This document shows, one piece after another, positions 8,224-19,308 of a DNA stretch of 64,000 nt. Numbering within the stretch: position 1 is the stretch's first letter; every line of letters begins with the position of its first letter. The stretch comes from Myxococcota bacterium (GTDB taxonomy: Bacteria > Myxococcota_A > UBA9160 > UBA6930). A program made the position numbers and the translations under genes. Location: assembly GCA_028285625.1 (NCBI GenBank), contig JANQOX010000026.1, forward strand, positions 17,825 to 81,824, read 5' to 3'. The notes below the pieces were generated by a model, which saw only the letters and a list, made by a program, of their open reading frames with translations, ran no database searches and had not been told where the DNA came from.

Positions 8224-9322
8224 CGGACTCGGCCGACCGCTCGGGCACGGGCGGCAGGTAGTCGGCGAAGGCCCGCCCATAGACTTCCCACAGCGTGACG
8301 AACACGGCAGCGACGATGGGACCAAGCACGAAGCCCACGGCCCCGAACAGCGTGATGCCACCGAGGGTCGAGAGCAGGATCAGCAGGTCGGACATCTTGG
8401 CATCGCCACCCACCAGCCGTGGGCGCAGCACGTTGTCGATGCTGCCCACGAGCCCACCGCACCAGACGAGCAGCAACGTGGCAGGTATCGCCGAGCCACT
8501 GGCGTACAGGTAGAGCACCGCTGGCACCCAGATCAGCGGCGCACCGATGCCGGGAATGACCGACAGCACCATCATGATCGTGCCCCAGAAGGCGGCACCT
8601 TGGATGCCGCACGCCCAGAACGCGAGCCCGGCGAGCAACCCCTGGATGGCCCCGATCACCAGCGAGCCCTTGAGCGTCGCGCGGGTCACCGAGAGAAAGC
8701 GCTCCATCACCAGCGCCTCGTCGTCCTCGTCGAGCGGCGCGTAGTAGAGGATCTGGTCGAGGATCGCGCGGCCGCCGATCAGGAAGAAGAACATCGAGTA
8801 GAGAAAGATGAACAGCTGCAGGAAGAAGCGTGCGGTCAGCGCGCCGGCAGCCGCGACGCCACCGACCAGGGTGCTGCTGAGTCCACGCACCGCCTTGGCG
8901 GCCCCCTCCAGAAGCTTCTCCCGATCCGGCAGGACGGCCTCGAGCGAGTCGAAGAACGGCAGCCTGCGTGCGGCGCGGGTGAGCTGGTCCGGGTCGTCGA
9001 TCTGGGCCTGCACCCACGGCGTGACCGAGTGCGCAACCTCGAGCGCCTGGCCGGCGACCATCCCCAACAAGCCGACCAGCGGGCCGATCACGAGCAGCAG
9101 CGTGCCTAGCACCACCAGCCCCGCCGCGAGCCCGTCGCGGCCGCCGAGCACCCCGGCCAGTGCCCGGTAGGGTGCCCTCGCCAGACCGGCCGCCAGCGCG
9201 GCCACCACCAGGGTGATCGCGAAGTCGCGGATCATCCAGAAGAAGACCAACGACACCAGCAGCACGAGGCTCAGCAGGAAGCGTCGTTGGAACCGGGTCT
9301 CGGCGGTCTGCGGGGCCGTCAT
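8219..9322 (-). CDS. AI-2E family transporter (PerM/YhhT-like)
   Basis: ORF 8219..9901 trimmed to ATG 9322 (MTAPQTAETRFQRRFLLSLVLLV...). Multi-pass membrane protein. ...GSIDNVLRPRLVGGDAKMSDLLILLSTLGG... Confidence 0.85.
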   Translation of the reverse strand: MTAPQTAETRFQRRFLLSLVLLVSLVFFWMIRDFAITLVVAALAAGLARAPYRALAGVLGGRDGLAAGLVVLGTLLLVIGPLVGLLGMVAGQALEVAHSVTPWVQAQIDDPDQLTRAARRLPFFDSLEAVLPDREKLLEGAAKAVRGLSSTLVGGVAAAGALTARFFLQLFIFLYSMFFFLIGGRAILDQILYYAPLDEDDEALVMERFLSVTRATLKGSLVIGAIQGLLAGLAFWACGIQGAAFWGTIMMVLSVIPGIGAPLIWVPAVLYLYASGSAIPATLLLVWCGGLVGSIDNVLRPRLVGGDAKMSDLLILLSTLGGITLFGAVGFVLGPIVAAVFVTLWEVYGRAFADYLPPVPERSAESG

Positions 9323-9372
9323 GGGGCGCAGTCTACCCCGAGCGATGCGCCCCTGTCGGGGATTCGGCGGAT

Positions 9373-10962
9373 CTAGAGCTGCCCTTCGATGGGCAACAGG
9401 CCCAGCACACCGACCTTGAATCGCGCCCACCAGCTGGTCATCGGGTCCACCGTGTACCGCTGCGGCTGGCCCCCGTCGGTGCCGGTCCAGACGATGTCGC
9501 CGTCCTCGTCGAGCGCCAGGGACCAGGAGAGCTCGGGGCCCACGGCCACCTCGAACTTCGCGGCCTGGACGTCGGCGAGCTCGGTGCTCTCCACCACCAG
9601 GCCGAGCTCGGTGTTCAGGTCGACCGAACGCGGATCGAGGTTCAACGAACCCACGAACACCCGCGAACCGTCGATCACGAACGTCTTGGCGTGCAGGCTC
9701 GCCCCGGAAGACCCGAAGAATCCGCTGCGATTCGCCTCTTCGTGGTATGCGCCGGTGCGCTTCAGCTCGAACAGGGAGACGCCACACGCGAGCAGGTCCT
9801 TGCGATAGGCCGAGTACCCGGCGTGCACGGCGCCCACGTCGGTGGCGGCCAGCGAGTTCGTGAGGATGCGCACGCGAACGCCCCGCTCCACCAGACCGCA
9901 CAGATAGGCCACCCCGCGGTCGCGGGGGATGAAGTAGGGCGAGACGATCTCCAGGTCGGTCTCGACGGCCTCGAAGATCGGGTCGAGCTGCGTCCGGAGC
10001 AGCGTCGCCTCCACGGCCTCGCCGCGCGCGACCACCTTCTCGGGCAGGTCGGCCATGGCCACCGTCGGCGCCCAGATGAGCGGAAGCTCGCCCGCCGCGA
10101 GCTGCTCGAGGAGATGCGACTCCCGAACCCGCTGGGCGTACACCGTTTCTCGACTCTGTCGAGCGTGCTCCTCCAGCGCCTCACGGGTGGCGTCGAGCTC
10201 CGCGGGGGTCCAGTCCAATCGCGAAAAGGCCGCGATCGGGACCGCGAACTCGCTGTTCCAGTACAGGTCGAAGCTCTCGCCCAGTTCGGGCAGGACCGGC
10301 CCGAAGGCCATCAGGTCCAGGTCGGCGAAGTTCACGCCCTCGGCCGCATCGAAGTACTCGTCGCCGATGTTGCGTCCGCCGACGACGGCCAACACGCCGT
10401 CTGCGGTGAGCATCTTGTTGTGCATGCGGTGGTTCAGCCGGCTCAGGCGGCCCAGACCATCGAGCAGCGTCGCCAGACCCTGCCAGGGACCTCGCGCGAA
10501 CGGGTTGAAGAGCCGGACCTCGAGATTCTCGTGGACGTCGAGCGCCGCCGTGAGCGGGTCGAGCCCGGCCGAACCCAGGTCGTCGATGAGCAGGCGAACG
10601 CGAACGCCACGATCCGCAGCCGCGAGCAGCTCGCGCAGCAGCGATTTTCCGGTGAGGTCGTCGTGCCAGATGTAGTACTGCGCGTCGACGGCCCGCGTCG
10701 CACCGCGGATCGCGAGTGCCCGGGCCGCGAAGGCATCGCGGCCATCGCCGAGCCGGTAGAGCGCGGTATCTCCCGGATGGGTGGCGGCGGCCTCGATCAG
10801 CTGACGACCGACGCGGGTCTCTTCGAGGCGATCGAAGTGCTGGGACGCCTCGTGGGGGTGGTCGCTGCGCGGGTGCGCGCAGGCCACCAGCCAGGGCAAG
10901 AGGCAGAACACGAGAACCGGCACGAGAGTGCGGTGGAGAGGGTCGAAACGGCGGTAGCCCAT
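9373..10962 (-). CDS. phospholipase D family lipoprotein (two HKD motifs)
   Basis: HNKMLTADG and HAKTFVIDG HKD motifs. Signal peptide with LVAC lipobox. 529 aa. Confidence 0.9.
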   Translation of the reverse strand: MGYRRFDPLHRTLVPVLVFCLLPWLVACAHPRSDHPHEASQHFDRLEETRVGRQLIEAAATHPGDTALYRLGDGRDAFAARALAIRGATRAVDAQYYIWHDDLTGKSLLRELLAAADRGVRVRLLIDDLGSAGLDPLTAALDVHENLEVRLFNPFARGPWQGLATLLDGLGRLSRLNHRMHNKMLTADGVLAVVGGRNIGDEYFDAAEGVNFADLDLMAFGPVLPELGESFDLYWNSEFAVPIAAFSRLDWTPAELDATREALEEHARQSRETVYAQRVRESHLLEQLAAGELPLIWAPTVAMADLPEKVVARGEAVEATLLRTQLDPIFEAVETDLEIVSPYFIPRDRGVAYLCGLVERGVRVRILTNSLAATDVGAVHAGYSAYRKDLLACGVSLFELKRTGAYHEEANRSGFFGSSGASLHAKTFVIDGSRVFVGSLNLDPRSVDLNTELGLVVESTELADVQAAKFEVAVGPELSWSLALDEDGDIVWTGTDGGQPQRYTVDPMTSWWARFKVGVLGLLPIEGQL

Positions 10963-10996
10963 GGGCGCGCGAGTCTACCGGCCGCGGGCCACCCCG

Positions 10997-11722
10997 TCAG
11001 AGCCGCCGCCCGAGGCTCTCCTCGAGATCGCGCAGGTGCACCAGTCGGTCGGCCGGGGCCGCCCCACCCCGCCCGTCCGGGTCGATCAGATAGGCCTGCC
11101 ACCCGGCGCTTCGCGCACCGCGATAGTCGGCGTCCGGGTTGTCGCCGACGTAGACGCTCTGGGCGGCATCGGCTCCCACGAGTTCGAGCGCGTGGTCGAA
11201 GATGGCGCGCGCCGGCTTGCGGACGCCGAAGCCGACGGACGTGACCACGGGGTCGAAATGCCGGGCCACGCCGAAGCGCTCCAGCAGCCCGGGCACGAGC
11301 TTGGGGTCGTGGGTGTTGGTGATGATGCCGAGCCGCGCGCCCTCGCCCAGCCGCTCGAGCAGACCGTCGAGCCCCTCCACCGGGCGCACCCCCTTGCACC
11401 ACTCGTCGACGTAGGTTTCCACGAACGCCACGACGTCTTCGGCTCGGATCCCGGCATGCCCCGCATCGGCGAAGAACGCCTGCCCGAGGTCCTGCATGCC
11501 GTACTCCCGGTGCGTACGGCATGCCTCGGCCTCGAAGCGCTCGGACACCCGTTCCCAGCGGTCGAGGAAGTCCTCGTACCCGAGCGCCAGCCCTGCCTCA
11601 CGCAACACGCGATGCGTCCGCGCATAGCCCTGCGCGCGCCGGCTCGGCGAGTAGTGCACCAACGTGCCGAAGAAGTCGAAGAACACACAACGACGAGATC
11701 GAGATTGCAGGGCGGCGTCCAT
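10997..11722 (-). CDS. HAD family hydrolase
   Basis: ORF 10997..12037 trimmed to ATG 11722. Motif I is VFFDFFGTLV and motif IV is YVGDNPDADYRGA. Confidence 0.85.
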   Translation of the reverse strand: MDAALQSRSRRCVFFDFFGTLVHYSPSRRAQGYARTHRVLREAGLALGYEDFLDRWERVSERFEAEACRTHREYGMQDLGQAFFADAGHAGIRAEDVVAFVETYVDEWCKGVRPVEGLDGLLERLGEGARLGIITNTHDPKLVPGLLERFGVARHFDPVVTSVGFGVRKPARAIFDHALELVGADAAQSVYVGDNPDADYRGARSAGWQAYLIDPDGRGGAAPADRLVHLRDLEESLGRRL

Positions 11723-11795
11723 CCGGGTGCTTCGAAGGCTACCCTGCCCGAACGCGCACGAGGAGCCCCGGGCCCGACCTGCGCTGGGAGTCGTC

Positions 11796-12658
11796 TTGAA
11801 GCTCGTCACCTTCGACCATTCCGGACGGGCCGGTATCGGCACGCTGCACGCGGACGGCATCGTGGACCTCGCGGCAGCGGCCCCCGAACTGCCGCGTGAC
11901 ATGACCGCGCTGCTCGGCGCCGGCCGCGAAGCCTGGGTGCGGGCCGCTGCGGCCGACGGACCGCGGATCGACCCCCAGGACGTGGTGCTGCGCGCGCCGA
12001 TTACCCGGCCACCCAAGGTACTCGCCGTGGGGCTCAACTACGCCGATCACATCGCCGAGACCGGCCGCGATGCGCCCACGATTCCGCTCATCTTCAACAA
12101 ACAGCCCACCTCGGTCATCGGCCCGGGTGCAGACATCCACCGGCCCCGGGTCTCGGACCTGCTCGACTACGAAGGCGAGCTGGCGGTGGTCGTGGGGCGG
12201 CGCTGCCGGCACGTGGCGCGCGAGGACGCGGCCGCGGTGATCGCTGGCTACACGGTCGCCAACGACGTGAGCGTTCGGGACTGGCAGCGGCGGTCGCCCA
12301 CCATGACGATGGGCAAGTCCTTCGACACCCACTGCCCGCTGGGGCCAGCGATCGTGAGCGCCGACGAGGTCGACGGGCCTTCGGGTCTGGCGCTTCGCAC
12401 GTGGGTGAACGACGAGATCCGGCAGCAATCGAACACGCGGCACCTGGTCTTCGACGCGTTCGATCTGGTGGAGCACCTGTCGACGGCCTTCACCCTCGAA
12501 CCGGGGGACGTGATCCTGACCGGGACCCCTGGAGGCGTCGCGGCCTACATGGAGCCGCCGGGCTGGCTCGTCCCGGGAGACCGCGTCCGCGTCGAGATCG
12601 AGGGGCTGGGCTCGCTCGAGAACCCGGTCGTCCAGGAGCCCGACGACACGGCCCTGGC

Positions 12659-12662
<4 letters not shown>
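11796..12662 (+). CDS. fumarylacetoacetate hydrolase (FAH) family protein
   Basis: ORF 11664..12662 trimmed to in-frame TTG 11796, which follows GGGAG (11786-11790). LKLVTFDHSGRAGIG..., LDYEGELAVVVG, GDVILTGTPGGV. Confidence 0.88.
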
Positions 12663-13996
<1,334 letters not shown>

Positions 13997-13999
13997 GCG

Positions 14000-15277
14000 C
14001 TAGCTCGCCTCGGACGCCTCAGCGAGCGCCTCGCGGGTGCGCTCGTCCACGCTGCGCAGGGCGGGGCTCATCGCGTAGAAGAGCACGCCCACCACCAGGA
14101 CCAGTACCGAGGCCGTGGCCACGGCGGTCGGGGCGCCGTAGCGCTCGGCGACCGCCGCCATCGGCAGCGTGCCCAGGGGCGTGAGCCCGAACGACATCAT
14201 CAGGAAGCTCGAGATGCGGCCTCGCACGCGGTCCGGGATCAGCACCTGGATCGCGGCGTTGTTGAGGGTGCCGAACACGCTGGAGAAGACGTTGGCCACG
14301 AGCACCAGCGGGATCGCCAGGTAGAACCAGGGCGAGAGCGCAAAGCCGAACAGGAAGGCCGCGAAGCCGACGAGCGACGTCAGCATCGTGCGCAGCCGCC
14401 CGCGCGTCTCGTGCCGCTGGGCCACGTACATCGAACCCAGGAACCCGCCGAAGCCCGAGACCGCGTACAGCACGCCGAGCCCCTCCGAGCCCACGTTCCA
14501 GACCTGCTCGGTGAACACCACGAGCAGGGTCTGGAAGGGCATCGCCAGGAACATGGGCAGGATGCCGAACAGCAACAGAACCAGGATCAGCCGGTGGTCG
14601 GCGACGTAGCGGAAGCCCTCGCCGAGGTCCTTCGCAACGGCCTGATCGCGCGCACCCTCGGCCGCCGGGTGGCGCCCGACGCCCGCGAGACACAGGAACG
14701 CCACGCCGTACAGGGCGATGCCCACCGAGAAGGCGCCCGCGAGCCCGACCCACGGCACCAGCAGCCCCTGCATCGCCGGGCCCAGGATGCGGGTGGCGTT
14801 CATGCCGCCCATCGACAGCGCCATCGCGTTCTGCAGCCCGCGCTTTCCGATGATGTCCACGACGATCGCGGTGCGCGCAGGCATGGTGAACGGGAATACC
14901 GAGCCGATGACCACCGCCGTACACATCAGGTGCCAGAACGCGAGCCGATCGGTCACCAGCAGCAGCAACACCACCGACTCGGAGACGATCAGGGCCGCCT
15001 GGGCGATCGCGATCAGTCGCCGCCGCTCGAAGCGGTCTGCGACCACACCACCGAAGGGCGACAGCAACGTCATCGGGATGGCGACGGCGAAGTTCACCAA
15101 CCCCAACGCGAGCGGGCTGTCGGTCAGCCCGAACGTGACCATCGAGCGCACCAGCATCTGCCCCTGCATGGCCAGGAAGAACGCCATGTTGCTGGCGAAC
15201 AGCCAGCGGTAGCGGCGGTTCTCGAGCGCGACGAGCGCCGTCCTGAAGCCTCCGCCGCTCCGCGGACCGGGCGGCAT
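14000..15277 (-). CDS. MFS transporter (EntS/MFS_3-like)
   Basis: C-terminal 425 codons of the 1212-aa tracked ORF, starting at ATG 15277 (MPPGPRSGGGFRTALVALENRRYRWLFASN...). ...GGVVADRFERRRL... The upstream part of the tracked ORF has no protein-like features. Confidence 0.82.
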   Translation of the reverse strand: MPPGPRSGGGFRTALVALENRRYRWLFASNMAFFLAMQGQMLVRSMVTFGLTDSPLALGLVNFAVAIPMTLLSPFGGVVADRFERRRLIAIAQAALIVSESVVLLLLVTDRLAFWHLMCTAVVIGSVFPFTMPARTAIVVDIIGKRGLQNAMALSMGGMNATRILGPAMQGLLVPWVGLAGAFSVGIALYGVAFLCLAGVGRHPAAEGARDQAVAKDLGEGFRYVADHRLILVLLLFGILPMFLAMPFQTLLVVFTEQVWNVGSEGLGVLYAVSGFGGFLGSMYVAQRHETRGRLRTMLTSLVGFAAFLFGFALSPWFYLAIPLVLVANVFSSVFGTLNNAAIQVLIPDRVRGRISSFLMMSFGLTPLGTLPMAAVAERYGAPTAVATASVLVLVVGVLFYAMSPALRSVDERTREALAEASEAS

Positions 15278-15297
15278 CGGGCGAAACCCGGGGCCGC

Positions 15298-16752
15298 TCA
15301 CCGGGGTCCCTCGCGGCCGGCTTCTCCCGAGGACGGGTTCACGTCGGGGTGGCTGGTGCCGGCTGCACGGGCGCGGGCATCGAGGGCGGCGCGCACGGCG
15401 GCATGCTCGCGCTCGCCGAGGGCGAATCGCAGGAAGATCAAGGTGCCGATCACGTAGCAGGAAGCGGGCAGCAGGCCAATCAACGCGCGCATCGCGAAGA
15501 CGGTCGTCTCGTTCTGATCGGCGTCGGGCACGTAGCCGGTGGCCTCGAGGACGACCCCCGCCAGGATCGGCGTGAGGGCGGCCGAGCCCTTGCGCACCAG
15601 GTTCCAGACCGCGAGGTAGGCGCCCTCCTTGCGCTCCCCGGTGCGAAGCTCGTCGTAGTCGATCACGTCGGCCTGGATCGACGGGGCGACCACGGCGGCG
15701 CACCCACCGCCCACGCCGACCAGGAGGGCCAGTCCGAAGATGATGAAGGTGGAGCCGGCCGGCACCAGGAAGAGCCCCGCGAAGGCGAGCGTCTGGCAGA
15801 CCATCGAGAACAGCCACAGTCGCTTCTTGCCGACCCGCCGGGACAACGCGATCCAGAGCGGCGTGAGCACGAACTGCGGGATGAAGTAGGCGGCGATGAA
15901 GACCTCGGTCTGGTCGGGCCGGCCCACCACGTACTGCAGGACGAAGGGCGCGAGCATCCCGATGGCGGCGGCCCCGAAGGTCTCGATGCCGTAGACGAAC
16001 AGCAGCAGCCGCGCGTGCGGATTGCGGAACACGTCGAGGATCGCCTTGTCGATCCGTGCTGCACCTCGGCCCTGGTGGTCGCTGCGCTCGGGCAGGCGCG
16101 CGGCCGCGAACAGGATCATCGCCGCGGTGGCGCCCCCGCCCAGCAGCGCCAGCGCCAGCGCCGTGAAGCGCGGAGACTCGGACGTTCGCAGCAGGTAGAT
16201 CCCGGCCAACCCCACCGCCGAACCCACGGCGGCGATGGCGTGGCGCCAACCGAAGACGCGCGTGCGCTCGTGGTGGCTGCGGCTGAGCTCCATGCCCAGA
16301 GCGCCGTGGGGCACGAAGAAGACCGTGCTCGCGGTCTCCCATGCGAGCATCGCGAGCCCCATCCAGAGGATGAGCCCGAGTCCTTCCAGGCCTGGCGGCG
16401 GGCTCCACACCATGACCGTTCCCGCGAGCATCGGCAGCGCGGCGGCCGCCATCCAGGCGCGGCGGCGCCCGCGCCGCGCGGTGGACCGGTCCGACAGGAA
16501 GCCCGCCAGCGGGTCGGACGCGGCGTCCCACAGCCGCCCGACGGCGAAGATCGCGCCCATGGCCGCGGGCGCGATGAGCAGCACGTCGGTGCTGTACTTC
16601 ATGAGGTAGACCCCGAAGAGCATCCCCAGAAAACCCACACCGACCGTGGGCAGCGAGTAGGTCCAGATCACGGCGAGCGGCAGCCGCTCGGCGCTCGCGG
16701 CGGCGGGGGCGGGCGGCGCCGGGCCCCCGTTCGTCGCGTCGGGTGTCCCCAC
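15298..16752 (-). CDS. MFS transporter, GPH (glycoside-pentoside-hexuronide:cation symporter)-like
   Basis: ...RLWDAASDPLAGFLSDR... GPH signature and about 12 TM helices. The start is placed at GTG 16752, just upstream of the first TM helix (ERLPLAVIWTYSLPTVGVGF). The start is uncertain. Confidence 0.78.
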   Translation of the reverse strand: MGTPDATNGGPAPPAPAAASAERLPLAVIWTYSLPTVGVGFLGMLFGVYLMKYSTDVLLIAPAAMGAIFAVGRLWDAASDPLAGFLSDRSTARRGRRRAWMAAAALPMLAGTVMVWSPPPGLEGLGLILWMGLAMLAWETASTVFFVPHGALGMELSRSHHERTRVFGWRHAIAAVGSAVGLAGIYLLRTSESPRFTALALALLGGGATAAMILFAAARLPERSDHQGRGAARIDKAILDVFRNPHARLLLFVYGIETFGAAAIGMLAPFVLQYVVGRPDQTEVFIAAYFIPQFVLTPLWIALSRRVGKKRLWLFSMVCQTLAFAGLFLVPAGSTFIIFGLALLVGVGGGCAAVVAPSIQADVIDYDELRTGERKEGAYLAVWNLVRKGSAALTPILAGVVLEATGYVPDADQNETTVFAMRALIGLLPASCYVIGTLIFLRFALGEREHAAVRAALDARARAAGTSHPDVNPSSGEAGREGPR

Positions 16753-16856
16753 GACGGCCGATCCTCGCAGATGTGCATCCCCGCCGCAGCGCGGTGCCAC
16801 GAACGGGCCCGAGATGCCACATCCAGAGAGGCGCAGACGTACGGAGGTCGTTGAAG

Positions 16857-17456
16857 ATGTGGAGCTCGAGCCGTGCGGCGACGCACAGGGCACTCGCCGC
16901 AGCGCTGGTGCTGGGGATCTGGGGAGTCGGCGCATCGGCGGGGGCAGCCGGCCTGGTGGCCCGCCTCGACCCCGCTCGCAGCAGCCTGGGCGGCGCCCCG
17001 CTGTCCGGCCGCATCCTGCTGGAGGGCCCGGCCGCGCTGCCCGTCCCCGCGCCGAGCGCCTTCGACGTCGTGGGCCTCGCGCTACGCGGCGCAGGCCTCG
17101 CCATCGCAACCGACCCCGACTCCGCGTCGCCGGGCCTGGGCGTGCTGCGCCCGGACGCGAGCTTCGAGATTCCCTTCTTGTTCACGCGGGTCACGCCTGC
17201 CGGCGCGAGCCCATTCGACCAGACCCTGGTCGACGTGATCGGGACGTTCGCGCCGTGCCCCGAGGGCCGCTGCATCGAGACGCAGTTCGAGGTCGACACG
17301 CTGGGCTCGGGCGTGGTGCTCGTGAGCCTGCTCGCGGTCGTGCCCGAACCGACACCTCCCATCCTGCTCGCCCTGGTGGTGGCGTCCCTCGCGATCGGCA
17401 CCCTGCGCCGGCGCAACGGCCCACGAACCGCACGTCTGCGGAGGACGCGCCGATGA
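16857..17456 (+). CDS. PEP-CTERM-anchored hypothetical protein
   Basis: ORF 16743..17456 trimmed to ATG 16857, which follows GGAGG (16843-16847). Signal peptide MWSSSRAATHRALAAALVLGIWGVGASAGA. C-terminal VPEPTPPILLALVVASLAIGTLRRR. High GC3. Confidence 0.72.
   Translation: MWSSSRAATHRALAAALVLGIWGVGASAGAAGLVARLDPARSSLGGAPLSGRILLEGPAALPVPAPSAFDVVGLALRGAGLAIATDPDSASPGLGVLRPDASFEIPFLFTRVTPAGASPFDQTLVDVIGTFAPCPEGRCIETQFEVDTLGSGVVLVSLLAVVPEPTPPILLALVVASLAIGTLRRRNGPRTARLRRTRR
17340..17456 (+). other. PEP-CTERM-type sorting tail
   Basis: VPEP followed by a hydrophobic helix and an Arg cluster (RRRNGPRTARLRRTRR). Confidence 0.7.
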
Positions 17457-19291
17457 AACGAAGCACCGCGCTTGCCATCCTGCTGCTGGCCGCCCTCGCG
17501 CTGCCGGCCGCCCGCTGCACCCCGCTCGTGGTCGTCGTCCAGGAGATCGTCGAGATCCCCGGATTCGTGGAGCCACACACCCCTGGGTCGGGCGCGCCCG
17601 AAGAGCTTCCGCTTCCGGCGGCCGGACGCATCGAGCAACTGCTCGGCACCTCACCCGACCTGAATCGCGTGGCCTACGTGCGCACGCGAACGGCCGAAGC
17701 GAGCGACCCGCGCATCATCGTCGTGCTGATCCCCGGCTTCCTGGGCGGCTCGGGCAACTTCGACCCGATCGCACGCGACCTGGTGCGCCGCTTCGACGGC
17801 CGCATGGAGGTCTGGGCCATGGACCGCCGGTCGAGCCAGGTCGAAGACCGGCGCGGCGCCCTGCACGCCCGTGCCACGGTGGAGGCCGCGACCGACGACG
17901 ACGGCATCTTCCAGGGGCTCTCCGAGGGGGTCCGGTTCTACTTCCCCGACTCGGACACCGACGGGTCGGGTGAGCCGGACGGCCCCTTCCCGCTGCCCGA
18001 CGCGATCCCCGGCGACGGTCCGTCGGACTTCCAGCGTCTCGAGCAGGACGACCTGCGCTTCGCGGCGCACTGGGGCGTCGACACCTACGTGCGCGACTGG
18101 CGCGAGGTCGTGCTGCGCGCGCGCGACGTCGTCGGCGACGATGGCCTCGTGATCTTCGGCGGCCACTCCATGGGCACGAGCTGGACGGGCATCTTCGCGG
18201 CCTACGACTTCGACCCGGGCCCCGGCGTCGAGGCCGGCTACGAACTGGTCGATGGCCTGTTGCTGCTGGAAGGCGGAGGCAGCCGCGGCCCGAGCACGAA
18301 TGCCCCCGACCTCGACACCTACGAGGCCGCGATCGACGACCTCGAGAACGGCACGGACGTGGTGCTGGGGCCGCCGGGCGCGAACAACCCGCTCGGGGAT
18401 GGCAGCATCTTTCTCGAGAGCCTCAACGGGCTCGTGGATGCCCGTGACCTGGGTGCGGCGGGCGACCTGAACGGCCTGGCCGGCATCTCGGCGCCGGACG
18501 AGCCGTCGATCCTGGCCACCACGCCGCTGTTCGGGGGATTCCCCGTGGCGGTCCTGCTCCAGGCGCCCATGACGAACCGGTCGCTGATGGGCTTCTTCCT
18601 CGACGACGAGTTCAGCGCGAACCCCGCGTTCACCGCCTCGTTCGGCTTCAGCGCGAACGGATCCAACCTGTTCAATCCCTTTGCCGCGCTGCTCCCCGGC
18701 GACTTCTACGTGGCCATCGCCGAAGGCGTCACGCGCACCTGGATCAACTTCGACAGCCCCCGGTTCGACCCCGCCGATGCCGATCCGCTCACCTGCCCGC
18801 CCCTCGACCCCGAGCCGGCGGTGGTCGGGCTCACGGGCTGCGCCATCGTCGACAATGGACCGAAGCCGGGCCCGACCGATCCGCCCCGCCGATGGGGCGT
18901 CGAGCGCGAGGTCACCGATGTGGACGTGCTGGCGCGTTCGCTCTACGAGACCGCGAACGCCTCGGAGTGGTACTTCATCTCGGGACGTCCGGGTCTCGAC
19001 CTGCAGTTCGGACACGACGCCAGCGCCCTGGGCGCGCCGGAGCTGCTGAACACGACCCAGAACGCATTCGTGGACCTTCCGGTCCTCGGCATCGGTGGCT
19101 CGAATGGCCTCGCGCCCACCGAGCGGTCGTTCGAGTCGTACCTGGCCTCGATCGCGAGCGTGGACACCGAGGTCGTGATCCTCGAAGGCTACGCCCACGT
19201 CGACGTCCTGACGGCCGCCGACAACGAAGCGGTTCCCGCGATCGCCGACTGGGTGAGCCGCATCCAGCGCGACAAGCTGCTCGCCCCGTAG
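17453..19291 (+). CDS. secreted alpha/beta hydrolase (lipase/esterase-like)
   Basis: ORF 16814..19291 trimmed to ATG 17453, which overlaps the upstream stop (ATGA). Signal peptide MKRSTALAILLLAALALPAARC. Nucleophile elbow GGHSMGT. C-terminal ...EGYAHVDVL... supplies a His. Confidence 0.8.
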   Translation: MKRSTALAILLLAALALPAARCTPLVVVVQEIVEIPGFVEPHTPGSGAPEELPLPAAGRIEQLLGTSPDLNRVAYVRTRTAEASDPRIIVVLIPGFLGGSGNFDPIARDLVRRFDGRMEVWAMDRRSSQVEDRRGALHARATVEAATDDDGIFQGLSEGVRFYFPDSDTDGSGEPDGPFPLPDAIPGDGPSDFQRLEQDDLRFAAHWGVDTYVRDWREVVLRARDVVGDDGLVIFGGHSMGTSWTGIFAAYDFDPGPGVEAGYELVDGLLLLEGGGSRGPSTNAPDLDTYEAAIDDLENGTDVVLGPPGANNPLGDGSIFLESLNGLVDARDLGAAGDLNGLAGISAPDEPSILATTPLFGGFPVAVLLQAPMTNRSLMGFFLDDEFSANPAFTASFGFSANGSNLFNPFAALLPGDFYVAIAEGVTRTWINFDSPRFDPADADPLTCPPLDPEPAVVGLTGCAIVDNGPKPGPTDPPRRWGVEREVTDVDVLARSLYETANASEWYFISGRPGLDLQFGHDASALGAPELLNTTQNAFVDLPVLGIGGSNGLAPTERSFESYLASIASVDTEVVILEGYAHVDVLTAADNEAVPAIADWVSRIQRDKLLAP

Positions 19292-19308
19292 CCGGGCCGC
19301 CAGGCGCC

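Noticed and set aside
9373-10962. PLD-family protein as a Nuc-like nuclease or defence component.
   Set aside because: It has two HKD motifs in one chain, a lipoprotein signal and a size typical of phospholipase D or cardiolipin-synthase-like enzymes. There are no partner genes.
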